A stretch of 52,802 nucleotides of DNA from Candidatus Magasanikiibacteriota bacterium (GCA_018661775.1 JABJHO010000051.1:1-52802); one strand, 5' to 3'. Counted from the first letter of the stretch, positions 34,901 to 42,524 are shown. The notes: generated from the letters alone by a model not told the origin. Made by a program: numbers and translations.

Positions 34901-35903
34901 TTCCTCGGCTATTAACACCACAAACTTCTCCTGTGTAGCGAAATGCTTCATCACGGCATATATCAGGATCATCACATGCGGTAAACACGAGTTCGTGTTC
35001 ATAATTACAGCGCACTGTTTGAATACCTCTGTTATTGAGACCACATTGTTCGTTTCTTGGGAACTCGCTAGTTTGGTTACACTCTGCACCTTCTATGATG
35101 CAAGGGAGGTTTCTCCATTGTCCCGCTTCACACACTTGTGTCATTGTACCGTTAGTTCCACAAACAATGTCTTGTGTCTCGTCATTGGTACATACAGCAC
35201 CATCTTCGCAGGAGTATTCTCCCCAGTTTCCATCGCTCAAGCATTGTCGGCGGAGTACGCCAGTATTATTAAGTCCGCATGAATCACCAAACCCCGTAAT
35301 ACCTGCTGGTTGACACGCAACTGCACAGCCTTCATTGACGATACCATTACAGTTATCATCTTGGTTATTTGTACACTCTTCTCTTTCGAGCGCGTCTTCA
35401 TTCCAATTCACAGTACATTCACTACCATCATCTGGCATGAACTCTATAACATTGTGTTCACCGCGTATAATGTCGGTGGTGTCTGTAAATACCACGATGC
35501 AGGAATTTGTACACGACGAGTGTGCGCTATAATTGTCGCAGGCTGCCTCGGTTATTTCATTCTGAAAGAAGAATAGGGCGCTTGCTACTTGCCCTGCCAA
35601 AGAAATATTTGTTTCTGCGCTTAGGATAGGCTCTTCTCCGGTAAATGTAACAAGCGTGGTCCATTTGGAACCAGCCGCATCTTCGTGCACAAGGCATCCG
35701 GTAAGAAAGGAGTCCATGGCTATGTCAGGTTGTTGCGATCGTATACGGTTTTGACAGCTTGGTTCTTCTCGGGGAATACACATGCGTGTTTCAGTTGTGT
35801 AGTGTGTATTATAGTCGAGTAGATCAAAGTTTGGATTTTTGTCGACACACCCTTGGATGTAAAGGAAAAAAAGTGTCACGATTAAGTGAAGTGTATGTCT
35901 CAT
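31986..35903 (-). CDS. Giant secreted/lipoprotein-like Cys-rich repeat protein with C-terminal FGE-sulfatase-fold domain
   Basis: Uninterrupted 1321-codon frame. The ATG at 35903 is preferred over the GTG at 35951: it has an AGAGGA 4 nt upstream and is followed by a signal/lipobox-like 'MRHTLHLIVTLFFLYIQGC'. The frame holds about 11 'C(D/N)GxD(N/E/Q)(D/N)CDG' modules. The C-terminus reads 'IEGGSFMMGSPE...HPVNYVSF...AQWEFAARSG...GNVREWV...RGGAW', which is the FGE-sulfatase (SUMF1/EgtB/PvdO) family. Confidence 0.85.
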   Translation of the reverse strand: MRHTLHLIVTLFFLYIQGCVDKNPNFDLLDYNTHYTTETRMCIPREEPSCQNRIRSQQPDIAMDSFLTGCLVHEDAAGSKWTTLVTFTGEEPILSAETNISLAGQVASALFFFQNEITEAACDNYSAHSSCTNSCIVVFTDTTDIIRGEHNVIEFMPDDGSECTVNWNEDALEREECTNNQDDNCNGIVNEGCAVACQPAGITGFGDSCGLNNTGVLRRQCLSDGNWGEYSCEDGAVCTNDETQDIVCGTNGTMTQVCEAGQWRNLPCIIEGAECNQTSEFPRNEQCGLNNRGIQTVRCNYEHELVFTACDDPDICRDEAFRYTGEVCGVNSRGREIELCVTGAWEIQPCEDPDECNNDSQRRFPNTCGRNNSGTLVQTCVQGNWTADFVCEGDTDSCENGATRPCYTGPSQTRDTGICTDGFETCSDGGWDSTCVNQTQPQAEICDGLDNDCDEVVDNTDQVGQACTNNASGICAAGGEIICMGNMEICTAPIIPPGEQELCDNSEQDENCDGSVDENCGCIVGNYDSIQTICGTGVCARQGETSCVGGEVEDSCEAGDPLSNEDDTCDGLDQDCDGRIDEDVTQEQTTCGFGVCATTGLTSCENGNIVDNCTPNIDLATPDSQCNNIDNDCDGNTDEVYMPVITVCGRGVCTNDGLTSCNNGNILDSCTPGEAILEDTTCNNSDEDCDGRADEGFVAMPTVCGAGICQSTGEVDCINGQPVDTCTPGQAGDIDICNGLDEDCDMRIDEDFVSEIITCGIGACLEEAQTRCENSVTIRDCIPGDPVEELCDGIDNNCDGTRDNGFNLGVLCNNGLGICSRPGIIICNPEDPTQALCNAIPGQPEEIDICDELDNNCDGVADETCCDPDQFSPIPTTCGVGVCQRDGELLCDENGEIQEACTPGHPPAATDESCDGLDNNCDGEIDNDYFDPTVIICGTGICARQGARTCNNGSVEDVCIPGDPDDNEICDGLDNDCDGTLDNGIDDIVCYTGNPDTENVGICQSGLRSCSDGQFGACVGEILPAEEICDGLDNDCDGEVDEGVECHHMPCSPNCPEIIWVRIEGGSFMMGSPEGVGASNEHPQHEVNVPSFEMMRNEVTVAQYRTCVSAGECSEPDCNNESESYEWLSCNYTHGREEHPVNYVSFEQMRVFGAWIGAELPSEAQWEFAARSGGQDFAYPWGDEAPDCNRTDWDNVNNSMGCVEGLGTSTVCTYEAGNSEQGLCDLAGNVREWVLDAYVNNYNNAPIDGSAYCILENCLDNSVRRIGRGGAWHNSTDDLRAARRDSSAPSRRNDAIGARLSRPLP
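31989..32741 (-). other. FGE-sulfatase (formylglycine-generating-enzyme fold / C-type-lectin-like) domain of the giant protein
   Basis: Last ~251 residues, with the motifs listed above. The segment after 'RGGAW' ('HNSTDDLRAARRDSSAPSRRNDAIGARL') contains no cysteine. Confidence 0.85.
32772..34568 (-). repeat. Intragenic array of ~11 degenerate 54-66-aa Cys-rich modules (MopE-like acidic CDGxDNDCDG motif plus CGxGxC...C...C.PG knot)
   Basis: Motif cysteines start at protein residues 462, 519, 585, 642, 698, 753, 807, 866, 930, 986 and 1045 (numbering from the 1321-aa track ORF). Example: 32790-32819 and 32967-32996 both encode CDGLDNDCDG. Confidence 0.8.
34710..35279 (-). repeat. Second intragenic repeat type: five ~40-45-aa 'CG.N..G....C..G.W....C.D...C' modules
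   Basis: 'SCGLNNTGVLRRQCLSDGNWGEYSCEDGAVC', 'VCGTNGTMTQVCEAGQWRNLPCIIEGAEC', 'QCGLNNRGIQTVRCNYEHELVFTACDDPDIC', 'VCGVNSRGREIELCVTGAWEIQPCEDPDEC', 'TCGRNNSGTLVQTCVQGNWTADFVCEGDTDSC'. Confidence 0.6.
35847..35903 (-). other. Signal peptide with lipobox-like cleavage site of the giant protein
   Basis: 'MRHTLHLIVTLFFLYIQG|C': a basic residue, a hydrophobic core, then I-Q-G-C. Gln at position -2 is non-canonical. Confidence 0.45.
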
Positions 35904-35957
35904 ACTGTCCTCTTTTCTGTTTTTGAAAGAACGAAAAACGTGCGTTTGCACCCTTAT

Positions 35958-35986
35958 GTTTTACCATAAAAATAGCTTTTTGTCAA
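35958..35986 (-). promoter_or_regulatory. Candidate sigma70-type promoter of the giant gene
   Basis: Minus strand reads TTGACA (35986-35981), a 17-nt spacer, then TGgTAAAAC (extended -10; hexamer 35963-35958). The predicted TSS falls near the GTG at 35951, which supports the ATG at 35903 as the start. Confidence 0.4.
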
Positions 35987-36035
35987 TTAACATATAGGTG
36001 AGATGTATTGTGACCACTTCTTTTTGTAAATGTTG

Positions 36036-36064
36036 TTGACTAGGAGTGTAAAAAAGCGTAGTAT
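36036..36064 (+). promoter_or_regulatory. Candidate sigma70-type promoter of the dehydrogenase/epimerase operon
   Basis: TTGACT (36036-36041), 17-nt spacer, TAGTAT (36059-36064), about 38 nt upstream of the ATG at 36103. Confidence 0.4.
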
Positions 36065-36102
36065 ATACCTATAATAATACATATAATTATCAGGTAGGTA
36101 GT

Positions 36103-37479
36103 ATGAATATTCTCTATATCGGTGGCGGATTTGTTGGCGCGTGTTCTGCAGCAGTGTCTGCAGCCAGCGGCCACAATATCCTTGTGTTTGACATAGACAC
36201 AGAAAAAATAAAAAAACTCGGGGCAAAAGACAGAAACATCATAGAATCCTGCTTGTTTGAAAAAGGCCTAGGAGACCTTTTGGTGCAACACAGTGATCGA
36301 ATTACCTTTTCGAGCGATTACGCCGATCTAGAGGTGTTTTTGGACGCCTGTGACGTGGTATTTATGTGCTTGCCAACCCCAGAAATTGGTGAAACCGGAG
36401 AAAGCGATGTGTCATACTATGTAGGCGCAGCAGAGAAGTTGGCGTCATCGTTAATAAAACGCAATAAAGGAAAGCAAGAACGATATGTGGTAATTGTAAA
36501 CAAAAGCACCGTGCCAATAGACATGATAGACCGAACCGAAGAAATACTGGATGCAGCTGGTGTAAAGAATTATGGTGTGGTATCCAATCCAGAGTTTTTG
36601 GTAGAAGGAAAGGCGGTGCAAAATTCTCTGAAGCCAGACCGCGTCGTGGTTGGGGCAAAGACAGAAAAAGATTTTGCTGTTATGCGAGAAGTATATCAGC
36701 GGTTTTTTGATGCCACAGATATTGTGTATTTAGAAGTGAATCCAAAAGAAGCTGCTGCCGGAAAGTTGCTTGCAAATTTTTATTTGTTTAATAAACTTGG
36801 CGTGTGCTTTGATGTGGTTGGGCGGACCTGTGAAGCATTTGATGGAATTCAGTTTGAAAAAGTACGCAAAATTCTTGCAAGCGATGTGCGTATAGGAAAT
36901 TGGGGATTTTATAACAGTATGTATGCCGGAGGAAGTTGTTTTATTAAAGATGCTCGCTCACTTTCTCATCAATTACAAAAAGCTGGGAAAGCGGCCTGTT
37001 TGGTAGAAGAAACTTATTTGGCAAACAAGCGTCAGCTTACCTTATTTTTATCCCGAGCCAAGACCGAGGCAGGTATATCATGGAAAGACAAAACGGTGGC
37101 ACTTGTGGGATTAGCGTTTAAGCGTGACACCAATGATGTGCGTAATTCACCAAGTATAGATATTATGCATATGTTAGAAGAAGAGGGGGTGGGGCATGTG
37201 TACGCGTACGATCCAGCAGCCAAAGATGTCTTTGCAAAACTCTTTCCTGCTAGCCAAACACTCACATATGTTGACCATGAATATGATGCGGTTACACGGG
37301 CTGATGTGGTAATTATTGCCACAGATTGGCCACAGTTTCGTGGGCTTGGAGATATGATTATTGCACACGGATCTACACCACTTGTGATGGATGGGCGCCG
37401 TATGCTACAACACAGATATGAGGATATGATTGCGGCGGGCTGCAGCATTATTGCCGTTGGAAGCCCATATTTTTCATAA
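36103..37479 (+). CDS. ugd: UDP-glucose/GDP-mannose dehydrogenase family; UDP-glucose 6-dehydrogenase-like
   Basis: 'ILYIGGGFVGACSAAVSAASGHNILVFDID', catalytic Cys in 'GGSCFIKDARSL', and 'GLAFKRDTNDVRNSP'. Confidence 0.8.
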   Translation: MNILYIGGGFVGACSAAVSAASGHNILVFDIDTEKIKKLGAKDRNIIESCLFEKGLGDLLVQHSDRITFSSDYADLEVFLDACDVVFMCLPTPEIGETGESDVSYYVGAAEKLASSLIKRNKGKQERYVVIVNKSTVPIDMIDRTEEILDAAGVKNYGVVSNPEFLVEGKAVQNSLKPDRVVVGAKTEKDFAVMREVYQRFFDATDIVYLEVNPKEAAAGKLLANFYLFNKLGVCFDVVGRTCEAFDGIQFEKVRKILASDVRIGNWGFYNSMYAGGSCFIKDARSLSHQLQKAGKAACLVEETYLANKRQLTLFLSRAKTEAGISWKDKTVALVGLAFKRDTNDVRNSPSIDIMHMLEEEGVGHVYAYDPAAKDVFAKLFPASQTLTYVDHEYDAVTRADVVIIATDWPQFRGLGDMIIAHGSTPLVMDGRRMLQHRYEDMIAAGCSIIAVGSPYFS

Positions 37480-37488
37480 AAATGTATC

Positions 37489-38790
37489 ATGATTACTTTT
37501 GAACAATTAGAAAAAAAAGAAGAACAGATTGCCGTAGTTGGTTTGGGGTATGTTGGGTTACCACTTGCGGTGCTTTTGGCAAAACATTTTTCTGTTATTG
37601 GGTATGATGTTGACGCAAAAAAAATTGCACAACTCACCGCCGGAGAGGATAAAACCGGAGAAGTGTCGCAGGCTGAGCTAAAAGAAGCACATATTACATA
37701 CACCACAAATCCAGAAGCACTAAAAAACGCAAAATATATTATTATTTCGGTACCAACCCCAATTGATGAAAGTAATCAGCCGGATTTGCGTACACTAAAA
37801 AGTGCAACAAAAACTGTTGCACAGCATCTACAAAAAGGGAGTATTGTGGTATATGAATCAACGGTCTATCCGGGAGTTACCGAAGATATTTGTGTACCAA
37901 TTATAGAAGAGATTTCTGGTTTGGTGTGCCAAAAAGATTTTTGGGTTGGGTATTCTCCAGAGCGAGTAAATCCAGGAGACAAAGAGCATACTATAGACAA
38001 TATTACAAAAGTTGTTTCGGCAATAGATGAGATGTCTCTTGCTGTGGTATCACAGGTCTATGGCACAATTACAGAAACATTTGCAGCAACATCAATCCGC
38101 GTGGCAGAAGCCGCAAAAGCAATAGAAAATGCCCAAAGAGATGTTAATATTGCGTTTATGAACGAGCTTGCCATGTTGTTTACCAAAATGGGTATAAGTG
38201 TTCATGAGGTGTTAGACGCGGCAAAAACAAAATGGAATTTCCTTCCGTTTTCCCCAGGGCTTGTTGGTGGACATTGTATTGGTGTTGATCCATATTATTT
38301 AACCCATAAAGCAAGTGCGGTAGGGCATTATCCGGAAGTTATTTTGTCTGGCAGAAGAATTAATGACTCGATGCACAAGTTTATTGCACATGAAATGATA
38401 AAAAAGATGATTGCTAGTGGCATAGATATTTGTAATGCAACAGTAGTGTTGTATGGTATAACATTTAAAGAAAATGTGCCAGATATTCGTAATTCAAAAG
38501 TGGTAGAACTGTATAAAGAATTGGTATCTTTTGGCGTAAGTCCAATAGTGCATGACCCAATTGCTCACCCAGAAGACATGAAAAATGAATATGGTATTAC
38601 GCTTACCAAAAAAGATGATTTACCAAAAGCGGATGCGGTTATTTTTGCCGTTCCGCACAAAGAGTTTGTTGCGTATACGACAAAAGATATAATACATACA
38701 GTAAAAAGTGGTGGATTGATTGCAGACATAAAGCGCATGTGTAATAAAAAAGACATAGAAGATGCTGGCTTGCATTATTGGGGAATGTAG
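37489..38790 (+). CDS. Nucleotide-sugar dehydrogenase of the UDP-HexNAc 6-dehydrogenase type (WbpO/TviB/Cap5O-like)
   Basis: 'IAVVGLGYVGLPLAVLLAKHFSVIGYDVDAKKIAQL', 'GGHCIGVDPYYL' and 'GITFKENVPDIRNSK'. Confidence 0.85.
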   Translation: MITFEQLEKKEEQIAVVGLGYVGLPLAVLLAKHFSVIGYDVDAKKIAQLTAGEDKTGEVSQAELKEAHITYTTNPEALKNAKYIIISVPTPIDESNQPDLRTLKSATKTVAQHLQKGSIVVYESTVYPGVTEDICVPIIEEISGLVCQKDFWVGYSPERVNPGDKEHTIDNITKVVSAIDEMSLAVVSQVYGTITETFAATSIRVAEAAKAIENAQRDVNIAFMNELAMLFTKMGISVHEVLDAAKTKWNFLPFSPGLVGGHCIGVDPYYLTHKASAVGHYPEVILSGRRINDSMHKFIAHEMIKKMIASGIDICNATVVLYGITFKENVPDIRNSKVVELYKELVSFGVSPIVHDPIAHPEDMKNEYGITLTKKDDLPKADAVIFAVPHKEFVAYTTKDIIHTVKSGGLIADIKRMCNKKDIEDAGLHYWGM

Positions 38791-38829
38791 TTGTATACTT
38801 TATTCTATAAACCAATTAATTATTTTTAT

Positions 38830-39738
38830 ATGAAATATCTTGTTACCGGCGGTGCCGGTTTTATAGGAACTAATATTGTGATTCGTTTGAAAAAAGATGG
38901 ACATGATGTTGTGGTTTTAGACAATTACTGTGCCGGAAAAAAAGAAGACCATATTCAAGATGGTGTAACGTATATTGAAGGAGATATTCGTGATTTAGAC
39001 ACATGTAAAAAAGCAATGGAAGGTGTTGATGGTGTATTTCATGAAGCTGCCGTACCGCGTGTTACGTATTCGGTAGAGCATCCCGTAGAAACACATGATA
39101 ATAATGTAAATGGAACACTCAATGTACTTGTTGCGGCAAAAGATACGGGAGTAAAACGAGTAGTATTTGCCACGTCTTCTTCGGTTTTTGGGTGTGATGA
39201 GAAGATTGACCTGAAAGAAGATATGCCAAAACGACCAAAAACTCCGTATGCGCTACACAAACTGGCTGGACAAGAATATTGCCGGTTATTTTCTGAGTTG
39301 TATGGATTAGAAACGGTGTCACTGTGTTATTATAATATTTATGGACCATATCTTGATCCAAATGGGGCGTATGCACTTGTCATTGGAAAGTTTTTACAAC
39401 AGAAAAAAGAGGGAAAACCAATGACGATCTGTGGTGACGGTGAATTTTTTAGAGATTATACGCATGTGAGTGACGCTGTCGAGGCAAATATCTTGGCCAT
39501 GACAAAAGATACGGTAGGCAAGGGAGAGATGATTAATATAGGAAATAATAATCCCGTTTCGGTAAACAGACTCGTAGAACTGATTGGTGGGGAATCAGTA
39601 AACGTCGCCGAGCGACCAGGAGATCCACGATACGCCTGTGCCGACAACACAAAAGCAAAAGAATTACTCGGCTGGAGCCCAACCATAGAAATAGAAGAGG
39701 GGATACGACAAATGAAAGACTATTTTGACTTGGCGTAA
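38830..39738 (+). CDS. NAD-dependent sugar-nucleotide 4-epimerase (WbpP/TviC-like SDR)
   Basis: 'KYLVTGGAGFIGTNIV' and 'YALHKLAGQ' (YxxxK). The track starts at TTG 38791; the ATG at 38830 gives the canonical N-terminus. Confidence 0.8.
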   Translation: MKYLVTGGAGFIGTNIVIRLKKDGHDVVVLDNYCAGKKEDHIQDGVTYIEGDIRDLDTCKKAMEGVDGVFHEAAVPRVTYSVEHPVETHDNNVNGTLNVLVAAKDTGVKRVVFATSSSVFGCDEKIDLKEDMPKRPKTPYALHKLAGQEYCRLFSELYGLETVSLCYYNIYGPYLDPNGAYALVIGKFLQQKKEGKPMTICGDGEFFRDYTHVSDAVEANILAMTKDTVGKGEMINIGNNNPVSVNRLVELIGGESVNVAERPGDPRYACADNTKAKELLGWSPTIEIEEGIRQMKDYFDLA

Positions 39739-39748
39739 TTGAAGAATA

Positions 39749-39778
39749 TAAAAACAGCACATTGATGCTGTTTTTTTG
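39749..39778. terminator. Bidirectional rho-independent terminator between the convergent epimerase and folD genes
   Basis: aaaaACAGCAcattgaTGCTGTttttttt: 6-bp GC-containing stem, with an A-run on one side and a T-run on the other. Confidence 0.7.
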
Positions 39779-39779
39779 T

Positions 39780-40619
39780 CTATTTGGAGCTCTTTGCACA
39801 AACCACGGTATTGTATAACAATCTTGCCACAGTGATTGGTCCAATACCGCCAGGAGTTGGAGTAACGCGAGCACCTTTTTCATCTATTTCTTGCACGTGT
39901 ACGTCACCATACATTTTACCGTCTTCAAAATCAACACCAGTGTCAATAACAATGGCATCTTTTTTTACCATATCGCCTCGGAGTGTATCTTTTTTGCCCA
40001 CGCCAGTCACAATAATATCTGCGGCCAAACATTTTTCTTTTGTATCGCGTGTCGCGCTATTGCACGTGGTAACGCTTGCACGTTTGTTCATGAGTATAAT
40101 CGCAAGTGGTTTGCCAACCAGCGCACCAACACCAATTATCGTTACATTTTTTCCGGCAGGCTCAATATTTATTGACTCAAGCACAGACATAACCGCACCA
40201 GGAGTTGGTGGAATAATCAACTCATCTTTCATAACGAGTTTTCCTAAATTTACATTTGTTAAGCAGTCTATATCTTTTTTTGGATCAATGGCATTAAGCA
40301 CGGTGTTTGTATCTAAGTGTTTTGGAAGAGGAAGTTGCACAATAAGACCATGAAGGTGTGGGTTTGATTGAATGTCTTGTAATGTAGCAAGAAGTTCGTC
40401 TTGTGTAACATGTTCTGGAAGTTCGTAGATGGCGCAACCAATACCAACCCTCTCTGCAGCTTCTTTCTTTTTGCGTACGTATGTGTGAGATGGTTTGTCC
40501 TCACCAACAAGAATGACGGCCATTGCTGGTGCTATACCTTCTTTTTTGCATAACTCTACTTCTTGTGCGGTAGTTGCTAAAATAGACTCTGCGATCGGTT
40601 TTCCAAATAGTTTTGGCAT
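39780..40619 (-). CDS. folD: Bifunctional methylenetetrahydrofolate dehydrogenase/cyclohydrolase
   Basis: 'GIAPAMAVILVGEDKPSHTYVRKKKEAAERVGI', 'HGLIVQLPLP', 'PPTPGAVM' and 'TPTPGGIGPITVA'. Start set at the internal ATG (MPKLFGK...). Confidence 0.9.
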   Translation of the reverse strand: MPKLFGKPIAESILATTAQEVELCKKEGIAPAMAVILVGEDKPSHTYVRKKKEAAERVGIGCAIYELPEHVTQDELLATLQDIQSNPHLHGLIVQLPLPKHLDTNTVLNAIDPKKDIDCLTNVNLGKLVMKDELIIPPTPGAVMSVLESINIEPAGKNVTIIGVGALVGKPLAIILMNKRASVTTCNSATRDTKEKCLAADIIVTGVGKKDTLRGDMVKKDAIVIDTGVDFEDGKMYGDVHVQEIDEKGARVTPTPGGIGPITVARLLYNTVVCAKSSK

Positions 40620-40737
40620 AAAAAGCTGATTATTGTGGGTTATATACTTGTATAATAGCAAAAATAGCGAGTAATGCAATATTGTTTGTGTGTATTGCCT
40701 GTGTTACAATACAGTATATATATGTAGAAATAACACC

Positions 40738-42516
40738 ATGATTCCAGGAATTGGAGGACAAAAAAGTAAACTCTTTGGTGGGGTGCGTTCGCGTGACCCT
40801 CGTATTTGGTTGGTGCAGGGTATTATTGCTATTGCGGTACTTGCCATAGTTTCTCGCATCTTTTTTCTCATGATTATTCAACATGATTTTTATGTGCAAC
40901 TTGCCAACGGTTCACATGAATTATTTGAGCGACTTATTCCAAAGAGAGGTGCGGTGTATGCACAAGACACACGGAACAAAGAACTGTACCCACTCGCAAT
41001 GAACAGAGATGTGTTTTTGTTATATGCAAATACACAAGAAATTACCAATGATAATATGGCTGAGACTGTGGCAGAAACGCTTGCCGAGGTGTTTTCTTAT
41101 GATGATGAAAAGAAATTGGCTATATATTATCAACTAAACAAACGTACTGACCCATATGAGCCGCTTGAAAAGCACATAGAAGAGGGTGTAAAAAAACACC
41201 TAGAAGCAAAGGAGTTGCCAGGAATACATTTTGTACGACAATCGGTGAGGTTTTATCCAGAACAGTCTTTGGCTGCGCAAACTATTGGATTTTTGGGAAA
41301 AGATAGCGAGGGTGAACATATTGGAAGGTATGGGGTAGAAGGGTATTGGAATGCAGAACTTGCAGGAACCTCTGGTTTTGTTGAGGGGTTGCGAGGGGCA
41401 CGTGGTGGGTTAATACTTTCTGGCGGAAAGAAATTTGAACCTGCAACTGACGGTGTGGATATTTATACAACAATTGACAGAACACTGCAGTTTAAAGCAT
41501 GTAGTATATTAGAGGAGGCAAGAAAAGAATATGAGGCCACCTCGGCATCACTCGTCATTATGGATCCAAAAAGCGGGGCAATTTATGCTATGTGCAGTAC
41601 ACCCGAATTTAATCCCAACACGTATGGGCACGTTGAAGAAGTGCGTGTATATAACAATACGACTATTTTCACCCCATACGAACCAGGGTCTATTTTTAAA
41701 CCAATCACGATGGCTGCGGCTATTAATGAAGGTCGTTTGACACCGGCATCAATATACCACGATAGAGGAGTTGTTGATGATGTGTGTGAGACAAAGATAC
41801 GAAATGCAGATCAGAAAATATACAAAGACCAAACCATGACAGGTGTGCTTGAAAATTCAGTTAATACTGGTATGGTGTATGTGTCGCAGCAATTAGGAAA
41901 AGACGCATTTAAGCGATATATACACGACTTTGGTTTTGCGGCAAAGACAGGTATTGGGTTAGATAGTGAAGTGTCGGGTGTTGTTAGTAGTTTGGATAAA
42001 AACAAGGGTGACAAAATAGACTGCTATGCTGCCACCGCATCTTTTGGCCAAGGTATTACCACTACACCACTACAAATGGTGAATGCATTTAGTGTTATTG
42101 CAAACGGTGGAGTGCTTATGAAACCATTTGTTGTGGAGAGAATTGAGCATAGTGATGGGCGAGTAGAAAGGACCAAACCAAAAGAAATACGACGTGTGTT
42201 GTCACAAAGCACAGCATCGCTTGTTTCGGCAATGCTTGTGAGTGTTATTGATAGCGGGCACGCAACCGGTGCTGGTGTGAACGGGTATTATATAGGAGGA
42301 AAAACAGGTACCGCGCAAATTGCTGGGAGAGGTGGGTATACAGCAGAGACAAATCATTCTTTTGTAGGATTTGGGCCGGTAGATGATCCCAAGTTTGCCA
42401 TGATAGTGAAGTTTGAAAAACCACAGCGCAGGTTTTCGGCATCAACTGCCGCACCAACATTTGGAAAAGTGGCTCGCTTTATTATGAACTATTATGCCAT
42501 ACCACCAGCCCGCTAG
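40738..42516 (+). CDS. Class B penicillin-binding protein (PBP2/FtsI-type peptidoglycan D,D-transpeptidase)
   Basis: N-terminal anchor helix. Motifs SxxK 'GSIFKP', SxN 'ENSVNTG' and KTG 'GGKTGTA'. ATG 40738 preferred over the longer track ORF. Confidence 0.85.
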   Translation: MIPGIGGQKSKLFGGVRSRDPRIWLVQGIIAIAVLAIVSRIFFLMIIQHDFYVQLANGSHELFERLIPKRGAVYAQDTRNKELYPLAMNRDVFLLYANTQEITNDNMAETVAETLAEVFSYDDEKKLAIYYQLNKRTDPYEPLEKHIEEGVKKHLEAKELPGIHFVRQSVRFYPEQSLAAQTIGFLGKDSEGEHIGRYGVEGYWNAELAGTSGFVEGLRGARGGLILSGGKKFEPATDGVDIYTTIDRTLQFKACSILEEARKEYEATSASLVIMDPKSGAIYAMCSTPEFNPNTYGHVEEVRVYNNTTIFTPYEPGSIFKPITMAAAINEGRLTPASIYHDRGVVDDVCETKIRNADQKIYKDQTMTGVLENSVNTGMVYVSQQLGKDAFKRYIHDFGFAAKTGIGLDSEVSGVVSSLDKNKGDKIDCYAATASFGQGITTTPLQMVNAFSVIANGGVLMKPFVVERIEHSDGRVERTKPKEIRRVLSQSTASLVSAMLVSVIDSGHATGAGVNGYYIGGKTGTAQIAGRGGYTAETNHSFVGFGPVDDPKFAMIVKFEKPQRRFSASTAAPTFGKVARFIMNYYAIPPAR

Positions 42517-42524
42517 GAGTGTAT

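Noticed and set aside
31957-35576. About 20 track ORFs of 60-244 aa on both strands and in alternative frames inside the giant gene (e.g. 31994-32482 +, 32729-33079 -, 33748-34185 +, 34355-35089 -, 34770-35282 +).
   Set aside because: They are all nested in the single 1321-codon frame, which carries clear domain and repeat logic. Their products are low-complexity mirror translations of Cys/Asp/Gly codons. Their existence is explained by the scarcity of stop codons in this GC-richer segment.
37032-37706. 224-aa minus-strand ORF spanning the junction of the two dehydrogenase genes.
   Set aside because: It is antisense to two well-supported plus-strand genes, Ser/Ala/Thr-rich, has no recognisable motif, and would overlap both genes.
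39784-40353. 189-aa plus-strand ORF (and 39891-40175) opposite folD.
   Set aside because: It is an antisense shadow of a highly conserved gene and has no family features.
40630-40899. 89-aa minus-strand ORF across the folD/PBP spacer, and the long N-terminal extensions of the track ORFs for folD, PBP, HU, GT2 (47656), the epimerase (38791), pseB, the hisF-like gene and the cytidylyltransferase.
   Set aside because: The extensions start at TTG/GTG or upstream ATG codons and overlap neighbouring genes or promoter elements. Internal ATGs give canonical N-termini (e.g. 'MKYLVTGGAGFIG', 'MNKAALAQ', 'MPKLFGK').
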